Assembly: GCA_963726545.1 (NCBI GenBank)
Contig: CAVSCV010000008.1
Span: 61,887-125,886, forward strand
Direction: 5' to 3'
Length of the DNA stretch: 64,000 nucleotides
Origin: an uncultured Acidimicrobiaceae bacterium
Lineage (GTDB): Bacteria > Actinomycetota > Acidimicrobiia > Acidimicrobiales > RAAP-2
How positions within the stretch are numbered: position 1 is the first letter of the stretch; the number at the start of each line of letters is the position of its first letter. Positions 17,992 to 31,336 of this stretch are shown one piece after another. A model generated the notes under the pieces. It saw only the letters and a list, made by a program, of their open reading frames with translations, was not told the DNA's origin and made no database searches. The translations under genes and the position numbers were made by a program.

Positions 17992-20025
17992 GTGAACCAT
18001 CTGGCCGACGAGACCAGCCCCTACCTGCGCCAGCACGCCGACAACCCCGTCGAGTGGTACCCCTGGGGCCAGGCGGCATTGGACCGGGCCAGGGAGGAGG
18101 GCAAGCCGATCTTCCTCTCAATCGGGTACGCGTCCTGCCACTGGTGCCATGTCATGGCTCACGAGAGCTTCGAAGACCCGGCCACGGCTGCGGATCTGGC
18201 CAAATGGTTCGTGTCGGTCAAGGTCGACCGTGAGGAACGGCCAGATCTCGATGCCGTCTACATGGCAGCCACGCAGGCACTGACCGGCTCCGGCGGCTGG
18301 CCGATGTCGGTCTTCTGCGTGCCCGATGGCCGGCCGTTCTATGCCGGGACGTACTTCCCGCCCGAAGAGCGTCACGGTATGCCGTCTTTTCGCCGGGTCG
18401 TCGAGGCACTCGGACAGGCCTGGGTGAACGACCGGGGTCAGGTGCTCCAGCAGGCGGATGCTCTCGCCGACGCCGTGCGCAAGGAGATGCGCCTGGCCGA
18501 GTCTCTGGCCGAAGAAGGTGGCGGGTCAGAGCTGGAGGTGGAGCACGCGTCGCCGCTCGATCCCGACCGGTTGCAAGACCTCGTCGTCGAGGGGTTGACC
18601 GCAGGGTTCGACCCGCAATGGGGCGGCTTCGGCCCGGCCCCGAAGTTCCCGCGTCCAACCTTGGTGGAGCTGTGCCTCCTCCGATCCCGCCGTCAGGACC
18701 CGAGCGCGCACTCGGCCGAGCAGATGGCGGTGCGCACACTCGACGCCATGGCGGCGGGCGGCATCTACGACCACCTGGTGGGCGGGTTCTGTCGGTACTC
18801 GACCGACGCGCACTGGTTGGTCCCTCATTTCGAAAAGATGCTCACCGATCAGGCCCTGCTGGCTCGGGCCTACCTCCATGCCTGGCAGGTGACCGGCAAG
18901 GCCGACTACCTCGGAGTCGTCAATGAGACGTTGGACTTCGTCCTGCGCGATCTCTCGACCCCCGAGGGTGCGCTCTATTCGTCCTTCGACGCCGACGCCG
19001 GCGGGGTCGAAGGCGCGCACGCCACGTTCACTCTTGACGAGCTCGCGGACCTGCTGCCCGAACGCCTGGTGGGCCCAACAGCCGAGTGGTACGGGATCAC
19101 GCCGGGCGGCAACTGGGAGGGCCGCTCTATTCCGGTGCGTCCGGTCGGCGCGCCGCTGGCCCGACCGCCCGAGATCGAGGAAGCCCGCGTCCTCATGGCC
19201 GCGGCCCGGATGCAGAGGGTACAACCGGCGAGGGATGAGAAGGTTCTCACCGAGTGGAACGCGATGACCGTGGCGACGCTGGCCGAAGCGGCGGCGGCAA
19301 CGGGCAATACAGTCTACGGACGACGGGCCGAAGAGATCGGTGAGTTCCTCTGGTCTTCGATGTACTCGGGGCCGCGGCTGATGCGGAGCTGGCAGGGCGG
19401 TCGTGCTCGCCATCTGGCCGTGGCGGCAGACCACGCATGGTTGGCCGAAGCCAGTCTGCGGCTCTCGGAGTGGACGGGGAAAGCGGTCTGGCGGGAACGC
19501 GCACGCCGAGTGGCGAATGAACTGCTCGACCTTTTCTGGGACGAGCAGTCGGGCGGATTCTTCTCCTCCGGGAGCGACGCCGAGACGCTCGTCGTGCGAC
19601 CCAAGGAGTTCCTCGACGGAGCGCTCCCCTCGACCAACTCGGTCGCCGTCTCGGCATTGCTCCGGGTCAACGCCTTGGTCGACGACGCTCGCCTCGATGC
19701 GGCGGTGGAGCGAACGATCGCGTTGGCCCGCCCGCTCCTCGAGCGCCATCCCGGCGCCCTCCCCGACCTGGTGGCGGCACTCCCCCTCTGGACCCAACGG
19801 CACGAGATCGTCATCACGGGAGAACGGCCTGACCTGCTGGCCGAGGTGCGTCGCCGGTGGCTTCCCGCCACCGTGGTGGCGTGGGGCGAACCCGACGAGG
19901 GACCGCTCTTCGTCGATCGGCCGTCCCAGCCCGGCCAGGCCTACGTCTGCCAGGCCCGCTCGTGCCTGATGCCGGCCGCTGACAGCGCAACCCTCGCCGC
20001 CCAGCTAGAAGGTGTAGCGGTATGA
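17992..20025 (+). CDS. Thioredoxin-domain protein (DUF255 / YyaL-like, N-terminal thioredoxin fold plus alpha/alpha-toroid)
   Basis: NHLADETSPYLRQHADNPVEWYPWG...IFLSIGYASCHWCHVMAHESF. GTG start at 17992. The first 283 codons of ORF 17143..20025 are antisense to the SDR gene. Confidence 0.9.
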   Translation: MNHLADETSPYLRQHADNPVEWYPWGQAALDRAREEGKPIFLSIGYASCHWCHVMAHESFEDPATAADLAKWFVSVKVDREERPDLDAVYMAATQALTGSGGWPMSVFCVPDGRPFYAGTYFPPEERHGMPSFRRVVEALGQAWVNDRGQVLQQADALADAVRKEMRLAESLAEEGGGSELEVEHASPLDPDRLQDLVVEGLTAGFDPQWGGFGPAPKFPRPTLVELCLLRSRRQDPSAHSAEQMAVRTLDAMAAGGIYDHLVGGFCRYSTDAHWLVPHFEKMLTDQALLARAYLHAWQVTGKADYLGVVNETLDFVLRDLSTPEGALYSSFDADAGGVEGAHATFTLDELADLLPERLVGPTAEWYGITPGGNWEGRSIPVRPVGAPLARPPEIEEARVLMAAARMQRVQPARDEKVLTEWNAMTVATLAEAAAATGNTVYGRRAEEIGEFLWSSMYSGPRLMRSWQGGRARHLAVAADHAWLAEASLRLSEWTGKAVWRERARRVANELLDLFWDEQSGGFFSSGSDAETLVVRPKEFLDGALPSTNSVAVSALLRVNALVDDARLDAAVERTIALARPLLERHPGALPDLVAALPLWTQRHEIVITGERPDLLAEVRRRWLPATVVAWGEPDEGPLFVDRPSQPGQAYVCQARSCLMPAADSATLAAQLEGVAV

Positions 20026-20960
20026 GCTTCGACGATCCCACCGATCCGGGGCCGGGGAGCCTGGATTCCGCGGTCGACACCGATTCGCTGACGAGCCGGG
20101 ATGCGTACGTGGATCCGGGTATGGATGAAGCCTTGGATGAGGCCTCGGAACCCAGCTTTGCTCCCGAGGCCCCTGACGGGGGATCAGCGGATACAGGCGA
20201 GGGGGACGGCGAGCGGACCGCGAGCCGGGGCGGCACACGCACAGCCAGGCGCGAGCCCTCGACCAAGACCGATCCTGGGCGCCTGCTCAGGCGCTCGGCT
20301 CGCCGCAAAGAGTGGATCCCGACCTCGGGTGGGTCCACCCTCCACCTCCTGGTCCTCTCCTCCACCCGGGAGGACACGACCGTCGTCGACCTGGCGACTC
20401 GCACCGTGATGCGCGTGCGCGTGCCGTGGCCCGAGGACCACGATCCGGACATCGCCACGTTCGACGTCGTCGAGGTGACCCTGGCGGCCGACCCCGAACG
20501 CGACGACCTGGCGCAGCCCGAGGCGACGACGGTGGAAGACCTGCCCCGCCATGTGGGCACGCTTCGGGGCCGACAGCTGCGCAAGCTGCTGCAAAGAATG
20601 GTGGCGTCCCCCGACGGCCCGCTGCTCGGCTTTCCGGGCCCATCCGCCCCCTATTGGGAGTTCCGCGGCTTTCGTCCCTCTGTCGCCCTGATTGAGCCGA
20701 CTCGGAGCCCCCAGTTGATTCGCCGCCAAGCGGACGGGACGACCTGGGTGCGCTTCGGCTGGGACCGCGAGGACGTGTGGCTACCGGTTGAAGACCGCAA
20801 TGCAGCGCGAGCGCTCGACGCGGCGCGCCGGGAGAGACTGAGCGGGAAGAGCCTGTCCACGGCACTGGGCTTCGACCCGCAGTACCTGCTGGTGACCGTC
20901 AGCCCGCCCCGCGATGGGCACTGCTACAAGGTCTGCGCGGCTGTCCTACCTCGAGGCTGA
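20022..20960 (+). CDS. Conserved hypothetical protein with an acidic disordered N-terminal ~110 aa
   Basis: 312-aa ORF. ATGA overlap with the stop of the DUF255 gene. Globular C-terminal ~200 aa. No family recognised. Confidence 0.7.
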   Translation: MSFDDPTDPGPGSLDSAVDTDSLTSRDAYVDPGMDEALDEASEPSFAPEAPDGGSADTGEGDGERTASRGGTRTARREPSTKTDPGRLLRRSARRKEWIPTSGGSTLHLLVLSSTREDTTVVDLATRTVMRVRVPWPEDHDPDIATFDVVEVTLAADPERDDLAQPEATTVEDLPRHVGTLRGRQLRKLLQRMVASPDGPLLGFPGPSAPYWEFRGFRPSVALIEPTRSPQLIRRQADGTTWVRFGWDREDVWLPVEDRNAARALDAARRERLSGKSLSTALGFDPQYLLVTVSPPRDGHCYKVCAAVLPRG

Positions 20961-20982
20961 CCTCGGAGGAGAGGACTTGAGC

Positions 20983-21654
20983 TCAGCGGCCGAGCTTGCC
21001 CCCGGCCAGGTCCTCCGCCATGGCCCACCCGAAAGCCACGAGGCGATCGCCCTTGTCCGGGTCAAAACTCGTGAAGTGCTGGTCGACGCCTTCGGGGATC
21101 TTGACCTTGGGGGCGATGAAGTCGAGCCCTCCGGCCACCCCGCCATCACCCTTGAGGATGAACGTCCGGTCGTCCAGCCGGCTCTCGCACCCGAAGCGCT
21201 TGGACAGGCGGCGGGCCCAGGCACGCTCTTCGCCTGAAGACTTGTGATCTGGGAACGGCACGACGTCCTGGAGACCGGCGAAGGCCCGAAAGCCCTCCGG
21301 CGAGAGCAGCCGAGTGCCGAGCAGGACGTCCTCGTCGGGGAAGGCCAGCAAGGCACGGCGGTACTGGTCAGCCATGATCCCCTTGAGCGCCGCTTCGGCC
21401 CGCGAGGTGCGGTCGACCAGGGCCAGGCCCACCAGCAGGGAGGGGGTCCCGCCGATCCGCTCAAGGGTGCAGAAGGAATAGCCGCGGAGCTTGTTGCCCT
21501 CACGGGCCATCGTGATAAGGACCCAGGATTCCCGCTCTTTGGAGAGGAAGCCGATGTCGTAGCCGGGTGGGCGGTCCGCACAGAGATCCGCCATTTCGAC
21601 CAGCTCAGCGTCGCTGAGCGCGGTGCAATCCTTGGTGCTCACTACGATCGGCAT
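20983..21654 (-). CDS. Hypothetical protein (possibly a GNAT-like fold)
   Basis: 223-aa ORF with normal amino-acid composition. No motif recognised with certainty. Confidence 0.6.
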   Translation of the reverse strand: MPIVVSTKDCTALSDAELVEMADLCADRPPGYDIGFLSKERESWVLITMAREGNKLRGYSFCTLERIGGTPSLLVGLALVDRTSRAEAALKGIMADQYRRALLAFPDEDVLLGTRLLSPEGFRAFAGLQDVVPFPDHKSSGEERAWARRLSKRFGCESRLDDRTFILKGDGGVAGGLDFIAPKVKIPEGVDQHFTSFDPDKGDRLVAFGWAMAEDLAGGKLGR

Positions 21655-21783
21655 GGGGTCCAGTCTACTGGCTACGCACGAGCTGTTCCCAACCGGATCC
21701 GGCAGGCGGGTGGCGTGGTGGACCCAAACCCGGATTTAGAAGTCCAGCTCAGCGGGGATTTCTACTACCCGAGGGCCGAGGTT

Positions 21784-25498
<3,715 letters not shown>

Positions 25499-25568
25499 CG
25501 GCCCTCCTTTCGCCACGTTCGAACTTACACCGGTGTGGTTCCCCCGGGACCTTGCAATCTATCCCGTC

Positions 25569-26273
25569 CTATCCCGTCGGTGGCTGACCGCGCAGGACGA
25601 CCGATCCTCCCGCCTTGTCGTGCAGGGTCTGCCGCTTCTTGTCCCAGATCGGGTACAGCACGTCGATCAACCAAACCACGATAAGGAAGGGGTTGAGCAG
25701 CTCGAGCGACCGCAACACGCCCTCGGTCAGGGCCCGGAGAGCCGCTCTGGGGTAACCCAGGCGCTCGAAGGTGCCGTCCCGAACGGCCCGCACCCCAACG
25801 GCCATCATGCCCACCGTCTGGCCGCGGCGGCTGCCGCAGAACACGGTGCCATAGACCAGGTAGAGCAGGGCCGAGATGAGGAGCGGCAGGGCCGAGATGC
25901 TGCGCTGGCGGTTGGTCCCCCGCTTCATCATGTAGTGAATCTGGAGCGTATGGCTGTGGCGCATGAGGAGGAGCAGGACCACCGTCACCGCGGCGAAGAT
26001 CACGAAGTCGATCAGGTAGCCACCGACCCTGATGCCCCAACTGGCGTAGACCGGGCCGCCATCGCCTGAATCCCACTGTGGCGGTGGTGGCGGCGGATAG
26101 GCCCCTGGGAACTGGCCCGGACCCGCCGGGTACTGCGGCGGGGGCGCCGACCCGCTTTGAGGTGCGGCCGAAGGTGGTGGTGGGGGCGGCGCATTGCCCG
26201 GGAAGGCTCCTGGCCCCGGGCCGGTCGTGCCTCCGGAGTCGACGCCTGATCCCGAATCCATCCCGTCACTCAC
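25569..26273 (-). CDS. RDD family membrane protein with a Pro-rich N-terminus
   Basis: Pro/Gly-rich first ~75 aa, then the RDD-domain pattern (ASWGIRVGGYLIDFVIF...GQTVGMMAVGVRAV...LHDKAGGSVV). Confidence 0.8.
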   Translation of the reverse strand: MSDGMDSGSGVDSGGTTGPGPGAFPGNAPPPPPPSAAPQSGSAPPPQYPAGPGQFPGAYPPPPPPQWDSGDGGPVYASWGIRVGGYLIDFVIFAAVTVVLLLLMRHSHTLQIHYMMKRGTNRQRSISALPLLISALLYLVYGTVFCGSRRGQTVGMMAVGVRAVRDGTFERLGYPRAALRALTEGVLRSLELLNPFLIVVWLIDVLYPIWDKKRQTLHDKAGGSVVLRGQPPTG

Positions 26274-26389
26274 GATGTGCCTTCTCCGTCGTGGCTCTGG
26301 ACGTCAACTCGAACGCTCGATTCCCGGGGCTCAGCGCTGCGCAAGGCCTGCCTGGGGGCGCCAAGGCTCCACCATGGTGCGGGGCCCCG

Positions 26390-26917
26390 TCACAGATAGG
26401 CGCCGGTCCTGCCGGTCTCGCCGGCCGAGGGAAGTCCGCGCTGGCGCATCTCTTCGAGCTGGGCCCGGGCCGTCAACTGCTGGGACATGAGCGTGGCCTG
26501 GATCCCGTGGAAAAGTCCCTCGAGCCAGCCCACCAGCTGCGCCTGGGCGATGCGGAGCTCGGCGTCGCTCGGAGCTTCGACGTCGAAGGGCGGTGTCATG
26601 CGCTGGAGCTCGGCCACCAGGTCCGGGGACAGCCCTTCGGACAGGTCGTGGACCGATTGCTCGTAGATCTCGCGTAGGCGGACCCGGCTCTTCTCGTCGA
26701 GGGGCGCTGCCCGGACCTCGTCGAGCAGGGTCTTGACCATGGAGCCGATGCGTAGCACCTTCGCAGGCTCGCTGACCGACTCTGTCTGGTTCGTCTCGTC
26801 TTCCGCGCCTTCGGCCGCGGCGGCGGCCAGCACCTCGTCCGGCGCCACTGCCGCTGCACCGGCCGTGTCTGCTGCGATGTCCGGAGACGGGTTGACGTTG
26901 TCGTTCGTGTCGGCCAT
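26390..26917 (-). CDS. bpa: Bacterial proteasome activator (Bpa/PafE family)
   Basis: Strong resemblance to M. tuberculosis Rv3780 as I remember it (PAKVLRIGSMVKTLLDEVRAAPLDE, SDAELRIAQAQLVGWLEGLFHGIQ). C-terminal tail ...GAYL matches the position of the GQYL motif. Confidence 0.88.
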   Translation of the reverse strand: MADTNDNVNPSPDIAADTAGAAAVAPDEVLAAAAAEGAEDETNQTESVSEPAKVLRIGSMVKTLLDEVRAAPLDEKSRVRLREIYEQSVHDLSEGLSPDLVAELQRMTPPFDVEAPSDAELRIAQAQLVGWLEGLFHGIQATLMSQQLTARAQLEEMRQRGLPSAGETGRTGAYL

Positions 26918-27047
26918 CAGTGTCGTCTCGCCGCCATGCGCACCATGCTCATCCCATCCTCATCGCTTGGTTCGTCCTGTGCCTTCGTTCGTCGCGTGTC
27001 ACTGCGCGACGCGGCCATTCTGCACGACGGGCAGCGGGCTGATCCGC

Positions 27048-28241
27048 TCACGTGGTGGACCACCCGAGGAGCGGAATCAGCATCTCGGCGGCGGTCAGAG
27101 ACCCGTGCCGGGCCATCAGGCGAAGCTCGCCGGTGTCGGCCGGGTCCAAGAATGCCGTGGCGACGAACGGGACCAGGGCCACGTCGCCCAGGCGCGAGGA
27201 GACGGCCGACGAGGGTACGCCGCCCAGCCAGCCCTCCTTGACGATCTGTTCCTTCGTGCGTACCCAGGCGATGTCGCCGTAAAGGTCCTGCGCGGCATCC
27301 GCCACGTCCTCGAGAGCGCCTTCGCGGACATGGAGCCACCGGAAGCGGCCCTCGCCGCTGATCAGGGTCACACCGTCCATGATCTCTGGCCCGAGCACCT
27401 CGACCGAGCCACCCACGTCCACTTGGCCGTGATCAGCGGTCACCACAAGCGCGCAATCGGCCGGGAGGACATCGAGCACGTCAGCGACCAGGCGGTCGGC
27501 ACTCCGCAGTTCGTCGTCGTAGAAGTCGCCCAGACCTTCGGCATGGGCGATCTTGTCGATGCCCTCGTAGTACGCGTAGACGAACGGCGCTCCGGCCGAC
27601 GTGAGTCGGCGCACCGAGGTGACCAGGCCGGCCTGGGTGTGCCAGCGGTGCAACTCGACCTGGCCGAGGTGGGCGGCCGTGAACCCCGTCGGGCCGTAGT
27701 CGTACCGCGTGACGACGGGCACGGGTTCGGTGGCTCCAGGGAAGGATGGGCAGGGCTGAAATTGCTGGGCCGGCACGCGCATGCGGGCGTCACGCCCGTG
27801 GATCGACCACTGCAAGACGTTGAAGACCTCGCCGTCGAGGGCGACCCGGTAGCCGACGACGCCGTGCTCGGCTGGGGCCCGTCCGGTCACCAACGTGGTG
27901 AGCGCGCAGGCGGTCGTGCTCGGGGCGACCGAGGTGATGGATTGCCCGGCCCCGCCGGTGAGCACCGGTGCCAGGTGGCGACGGGTCCTGAGCTGCTCTG
28001 CCCCCAACCCGTCGATCACGAGAAGCACAATTTGTCGGGCCCCGGCGACGCAGGCCGGAGCCCACGCGGGCAAGGGCGTGCCGGCCGGGTCGCCCAGATG
28101 CTCGAGAAGACCGGGCACTACGCCCTGGAGGCACGCCCCTCCGAAATCCGGCAGGATTGGCTCGACCGGCTCACCTGGGCCTCCGGATACCGCCGCGTCG
28201 GGACCTGTCGTCGCCGCCGGGGCAGCCATGCCGTCGTTCAC
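27048..28241 (-). CDS. Alkaline phosphatase / nucleotide pyrophosphatase superfamily protein
   Basis: LLVIDGLGAEQL ... SVAPSTTACALTTLVTG ... VVTADHGQVD are the typical metal-ligand and nucleophile segments of this superfamily. Confidence 0.75.
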   Translation of the reverse strand: MNDGMAAPAATTGPDAAVSGGPGEPVEPILPDFGGACLQGVVPGLLEHLGDPAGTPLPAWAPACVAGARQIVLLVIDGLGAEQLRTRRHLAPVLTGGAGQSITSVAPSTTACALTTLVTGRAPAEHGVVGYRVALDGEVFNVLQWSIHGRDARMRVPAQQFQPCPSFPGATEPVPVVTRYDYGPTGFTAAHLGQVELHRWHTQAGLVTSVRRLTSAGAPFVYAYYEGIDKIAHAEGLGDFYDDELRSADRLVADVLDVLPADCALVVTADHGQVDVGGSVEVLGPEIMDGVTLISGEGRFRWLHVREGALEDVADAAQDLYGDIAWVRTKEQIVKEGWLGGVPSSAVSSRLGDVALVPFVATAFLDPADTGELRLMARHGSLTAAEMLIPLLGWSTT

Positions 28242-28305
28242 GGTGGCCCACCCTAGGACCCGCGGACCCTCGGTATGTGCCTCTGGGCCGGTAGGATCGA
28301 CGCAC

Positions 28306-28761
28306 GTGAGGGTCTCGACACGAGGTGACTACGCCAGCAGGGCGCTACTCTCTCTGGCCCTCCATGGGGCGGAGACGCCGACTTCGGTCCGCGACATCGC
28401 CCTGCGCACCGGGCTACCGCAGCCCTACCTCGAGCAGATCCTGCTCGCCTTGAAGGGCGCCGGACTGGTCCGCTCCAAGCGCGGCGTAGGTGGTGGGTAC
28501 GTCCTGGCCCGGCCGCCTGAGGAGATCTCGCTGGACCAGATCGTCTCTGCGGTCGATGGACCGATCGCCGCCGGCGACTTCGGCCTGCCCCACGAGAACG
28601 GCGCCTGCGACCACGAGGGGCAATGCATTCTGCTTGCCGTCTGGGCCGACGTGGGGGAAACCATCCGCACCCACCTGCAGTCCTTCAGCCTGGCCGACAT
28701 GGTCGACCGGGCCCAGGGGAACGTGGCACCCGCGTCTGCGCCCACGCCAGCACCGGTCTGA
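28306..28761 (+). CDS. Rrf2 family transcriptional regulator
   Basis: RVSTRGDYASRALLSLA...YLEQILLALKGAGLVRSKRGVGGGYVLAR. GTG start at 28306. Confidence 0.85.
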   Translation: MRVSTRGDYASRALLSLALHGAETPTSVRDIALRTGLPQPYLEQILLALKGAGLVRSKRGVGGGYVLARPPEEISLDQIVSAVDGPIAAGDFGLPHENGACDHEGQCILLAVWADVGETIRTHLQSFSLADMVDRAQGNVAPASAPTPAPV

Positions 28762-28765
28762 GCGG

Positions 28766-29368
28766 CTAGGTCCCGGGCGGGGTCACCAGGTTCCACATGA
28801 GCACGGCCGGCAGGTCGTGCTCGGAGGACAGGATGCACAGAGCGCCGGCGTCGAGCATGAACAAGCGTCCGGCGGCCGGGGGCAGGCCCAGCCAGCGAGC
28901 GGCCAATACCCGAAGGAAATGGCCATGGGCCACGGCAAGGGTGTCCCCGGCGACCGATCTCGCCCGCTCGATCACCCGGTCGGCCCGGCGGCCCACTTCG
29001 GACGCCGTCTCGCCCCCAGGCACGCCGTCGCTCCAAAGGTCCCAGCCGGGGCGGGTCTCCTGGATCTCGGCGGTCGTGATGCCCTCATAGGCGCCGTAGT
29101 CCCACTCCATGAGGTCGGGGTCCACCTCACCCTCGAAACCGGCCAGGCTGCACGTATCGAAAGCCCGGATCAGGGGACTGGTCAGGACCTGGGCAAATTC
29201 CTTGAGCCCGTAGAGCCTCAGGAGCGCTCCGACATCCTCGGCCTGGAGCCGCCCAATTTCCAGGAGGGGAATGTCCGTGCGCCCCGTGTGTTGACCACTT
29301 TGTGACCATTCGGTGGCCCCATGCCTGAGCAGCACCAACCGGGACGGCATGGGCGGAAAGACCAGCAC
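28766..29368 (-). CDS. Histidine phosphatase (phosphoglycerate mutase) family protein
   Basis: RLVLLRHGATEWS catalytic RHG motif and a later AHGHFLR motif. Confidence 0.85.
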   Translation of the reverse strand: MLVFPPMPSRLVLLRHGATEWSQSGQHTGRTDIPLLEIGRLQAEDVGALLRLYGLKEFAQVLTSPLIRAFDTCSLAGFEGEVDPDLMEWDYGAYEGITTAEIQETRPGWDLWSDGVPGGETASEVGRRADRVIERARSVAGDTLAVAHGHFLRVLAARWLGLPPAAGRLFMLDAGALCILSSEHDLPAVLMWNLVTPPGT

Positions 29369-29480
29369 GGCGTGGGTTCAGGGCGCAAACCGGGGTCCGA
29401 ACATCCCCCTGGAATGATCCAGGGACAGCCGGTGTTGTACCCGCCAGAACCAGGTTGATCCTGGAGCATACCGGGAACGT

Positions 29481-30362
29481 ATGACTGAGAGAGCGAGCGA
29501 AGAAACGTCTGGAGCGAGAATGAGCGGCAAGAGCGCGGTGAGCACGTCGGACACGTTGGGATTGATGTTGCGTGACCTCGACCAGTTCCCAATGCCCGAC
29601 CACGAACAGCAGGTCGAGTTGGCGAAGCGGGTCGCGGCGGGTGATGACGCGGCCCGGAAGCAGATGGTGGCCGCCAACCTGCGACTCGTCGTGCACTGGG
29701 CCCGGCGGTACCAGGACCGGGGCGTCGACATGGCGGACCTGGTGCAGGAAGGCACCTTCGGCCTTATGCGGGCCGTCGACAAGTTCGACTGGGAGCGGGG
29801 CTTCCGTTTCTCGACCTACGCCACCTGGTGGATTCGCCAGGCGCTCCAGCGCGCCGTCCAGCAGCACGGTCGCACCATCCGGATCCCTCTGGAGGTCGGT
29901 GAGCAGATTCAGCGGCTCGAACTGACCAAGGCGGAGCTGGCCACCACTCTGGGCCGGGCACCGACGGAGAAGGAACTCGACGAGGCCACCGGCATGACGG
30001 CCGACGAGCGCGAGTCGCTCGAGGACGTGGCCCGGGTCACGGCATCGTTGGACCAGCCGGCCGCCCTGGAGTCCTCCACGACCCTCGGTGAGCTGGTGGC
30101 GCCGGATGATTCCGACTTCGCCAGTGACGTCGAGGAGACGATGGTCTACGAGCAGGTCCGCGAGGCGATCGAGCGTCTGCCCGACCTCCAGCGCGACGTG
30201 CTGCGTCTGCGCTTCGGCTTCAACGGAGACACCCCGGCATCGCTGCAGTCGACAGCGGAGCGTCTGGGCGTCGGAGTACGCCGGGTGCGCCGGGCCGAGG
30301 AAGAGGCGCTTGCCGCGCTCTTGACCGACGTCGAGGTTGTCGGCCTACACCAGGCCGCCTAA
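29481..30362 (+). CDS. RNA polymerase sigma-70 family factor (group 2/3-like)
   Basis: Region 2 (DLVQEGTFGLMRAVDKFDWERGFRFSTYATWWIRQA), region 3 and region 4 are all present. Confidence 0.9.
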   Translation: MTERASEETSGARMSGKSAVSTSDTLGLMLRDLDQFPMPDHEQQVELAKRVAAGDDAARKQMVAANLRLVVHWARRYQDRGVDMADLVQEGTFGLMRAVDKFDWERGFRFSTYATWWIRQALQRAVQQHGRTIRIPLEVGEQIQRLELTKAELATTLGRAPTEKELDEATGMTADERESLEDVARVTASLDQPAALESSTTLGELVAPDDSDFASDVEETMVYEQVREAIERLPDLQRDVLRLRFGFNGDTPASLQSTAERLGVGVRRVRRAEEEALAALLTDVEVVGLHQAA

Positions 30363-31336
30363 CCGGCGAGGTACGCCTCCAGGTCGTCCGGTAGCGGCGA
30401 CGTGAACTCCATGCGGGCTCCCGTCCGCGGGTGGGTGAAAGCCAGCCCGAAGGCATGCAGGAAGAACCTGCCGCTGCCGAGGCGTCGGTCCGCGGTTCCG
30501 TAGCGGGCATCGCCCACGACGGGGTGCCCGATGGCGGCCATATGGACTCGTATCTGGTGGGTCCGCCCGCTCTGGAGGGCGAGTTCAAGCAGGGTCATGG
30601 CCTCCGACGTCGGTGTGGCCGGCCAGCGTTCACGGACGGAGTACGTCGTGCGGGCCGGCTTGCCCGAGGCGGTCACGGCCATCTTGGTCGGGGTGCGGGC
30701 CGAGCGACCGATCGGCGCCTCCACCTCTCCCCTGTCCTCGGCCACCGACCCCTGGACCAGGGCCAGGTAGCGGCGTTCCATGGTGCGGGTGGCCAGCTGT
30801 TCGACCAGCGCCTCGTAGGCCTCGGCGGTCCGGGCCACGGCGAGGAGTCCCGAGGTGCCCTTGTCCAGCCGGTGCACGATGCCCGGGCGGTCGGGCGGGC
30901 ACACGCCGTCGGTCACGAGCGCGGCCAGGTCGGGAAAGCGGTCCAGAAGGCCGCCGACCAGGGTGCCCTCGGCGTGGCCGGCGCCGGGATGGACGACGAG
31001 GCCCGCCGGCTTGTCGACCACTGCGACCTGGTCGTCGGCGTGGACCACCTCGAAGAGGATGCCCGACTCGGGCGCCACGGCGGACGCGCCGGGTGGCCGC
31101 ACGTGGACCGTGAGCTCGGAGCCCTGGCGCAGCACGTCCTTCCCCGACAGGACGGGGACGCCGTCGATCAGGACTCGGCCGGCGCTGACCAACTCGGCCG
31201 CGGCGGAGCGGGAGACGTTGGCCAACATGGAGACGCCACGATCGACCCGGATCCCCGCCATGAGAGCGGGCACCTCGCTGATCACGGTGTCGCCGCCATC
31301 GGTGGAGGATTCGGGCCGCCCGTCGTCGGCGCTCAC
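30359..31336 (-). CDS. rluD: RluA-family pseudouridine synthase (RluD-like)
   Basis: S4 domain, HRLDKGTSGLLAVART catalytic motif and HQIRVH. GTGA overlap with the lspA stop fixes the start at 31336. Confidence 0.9.
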   Translation of the reverse strand: MSADDGRPESSTDGGDTVISEVPALMAGIRVDRGVSMLANVSRSAAAELVSAGRVLIDGVPVLSGKDVLRQGSELTVHVRPPGASAVAPESGILFEVVHADDQVAVVDKPAGLVVHPGAGHAEGTLVGGLLDRFPDLAALVTDGVCPPDRPGIVHRLDKGTSGLLAVARTAEAYEALVEQLATRTMERRYLALVQGSVAEDRGEVEAPIGRSARTPTKMAVTASGKPARTTYSVRERWPATPTSEAMTLLELALQSGRTHQIRVHMAAIGHPVVGDARYGTADRRLGSGRFFLHAFGLAFTHPRTGARMEFTSPLPDDLEAYLAG

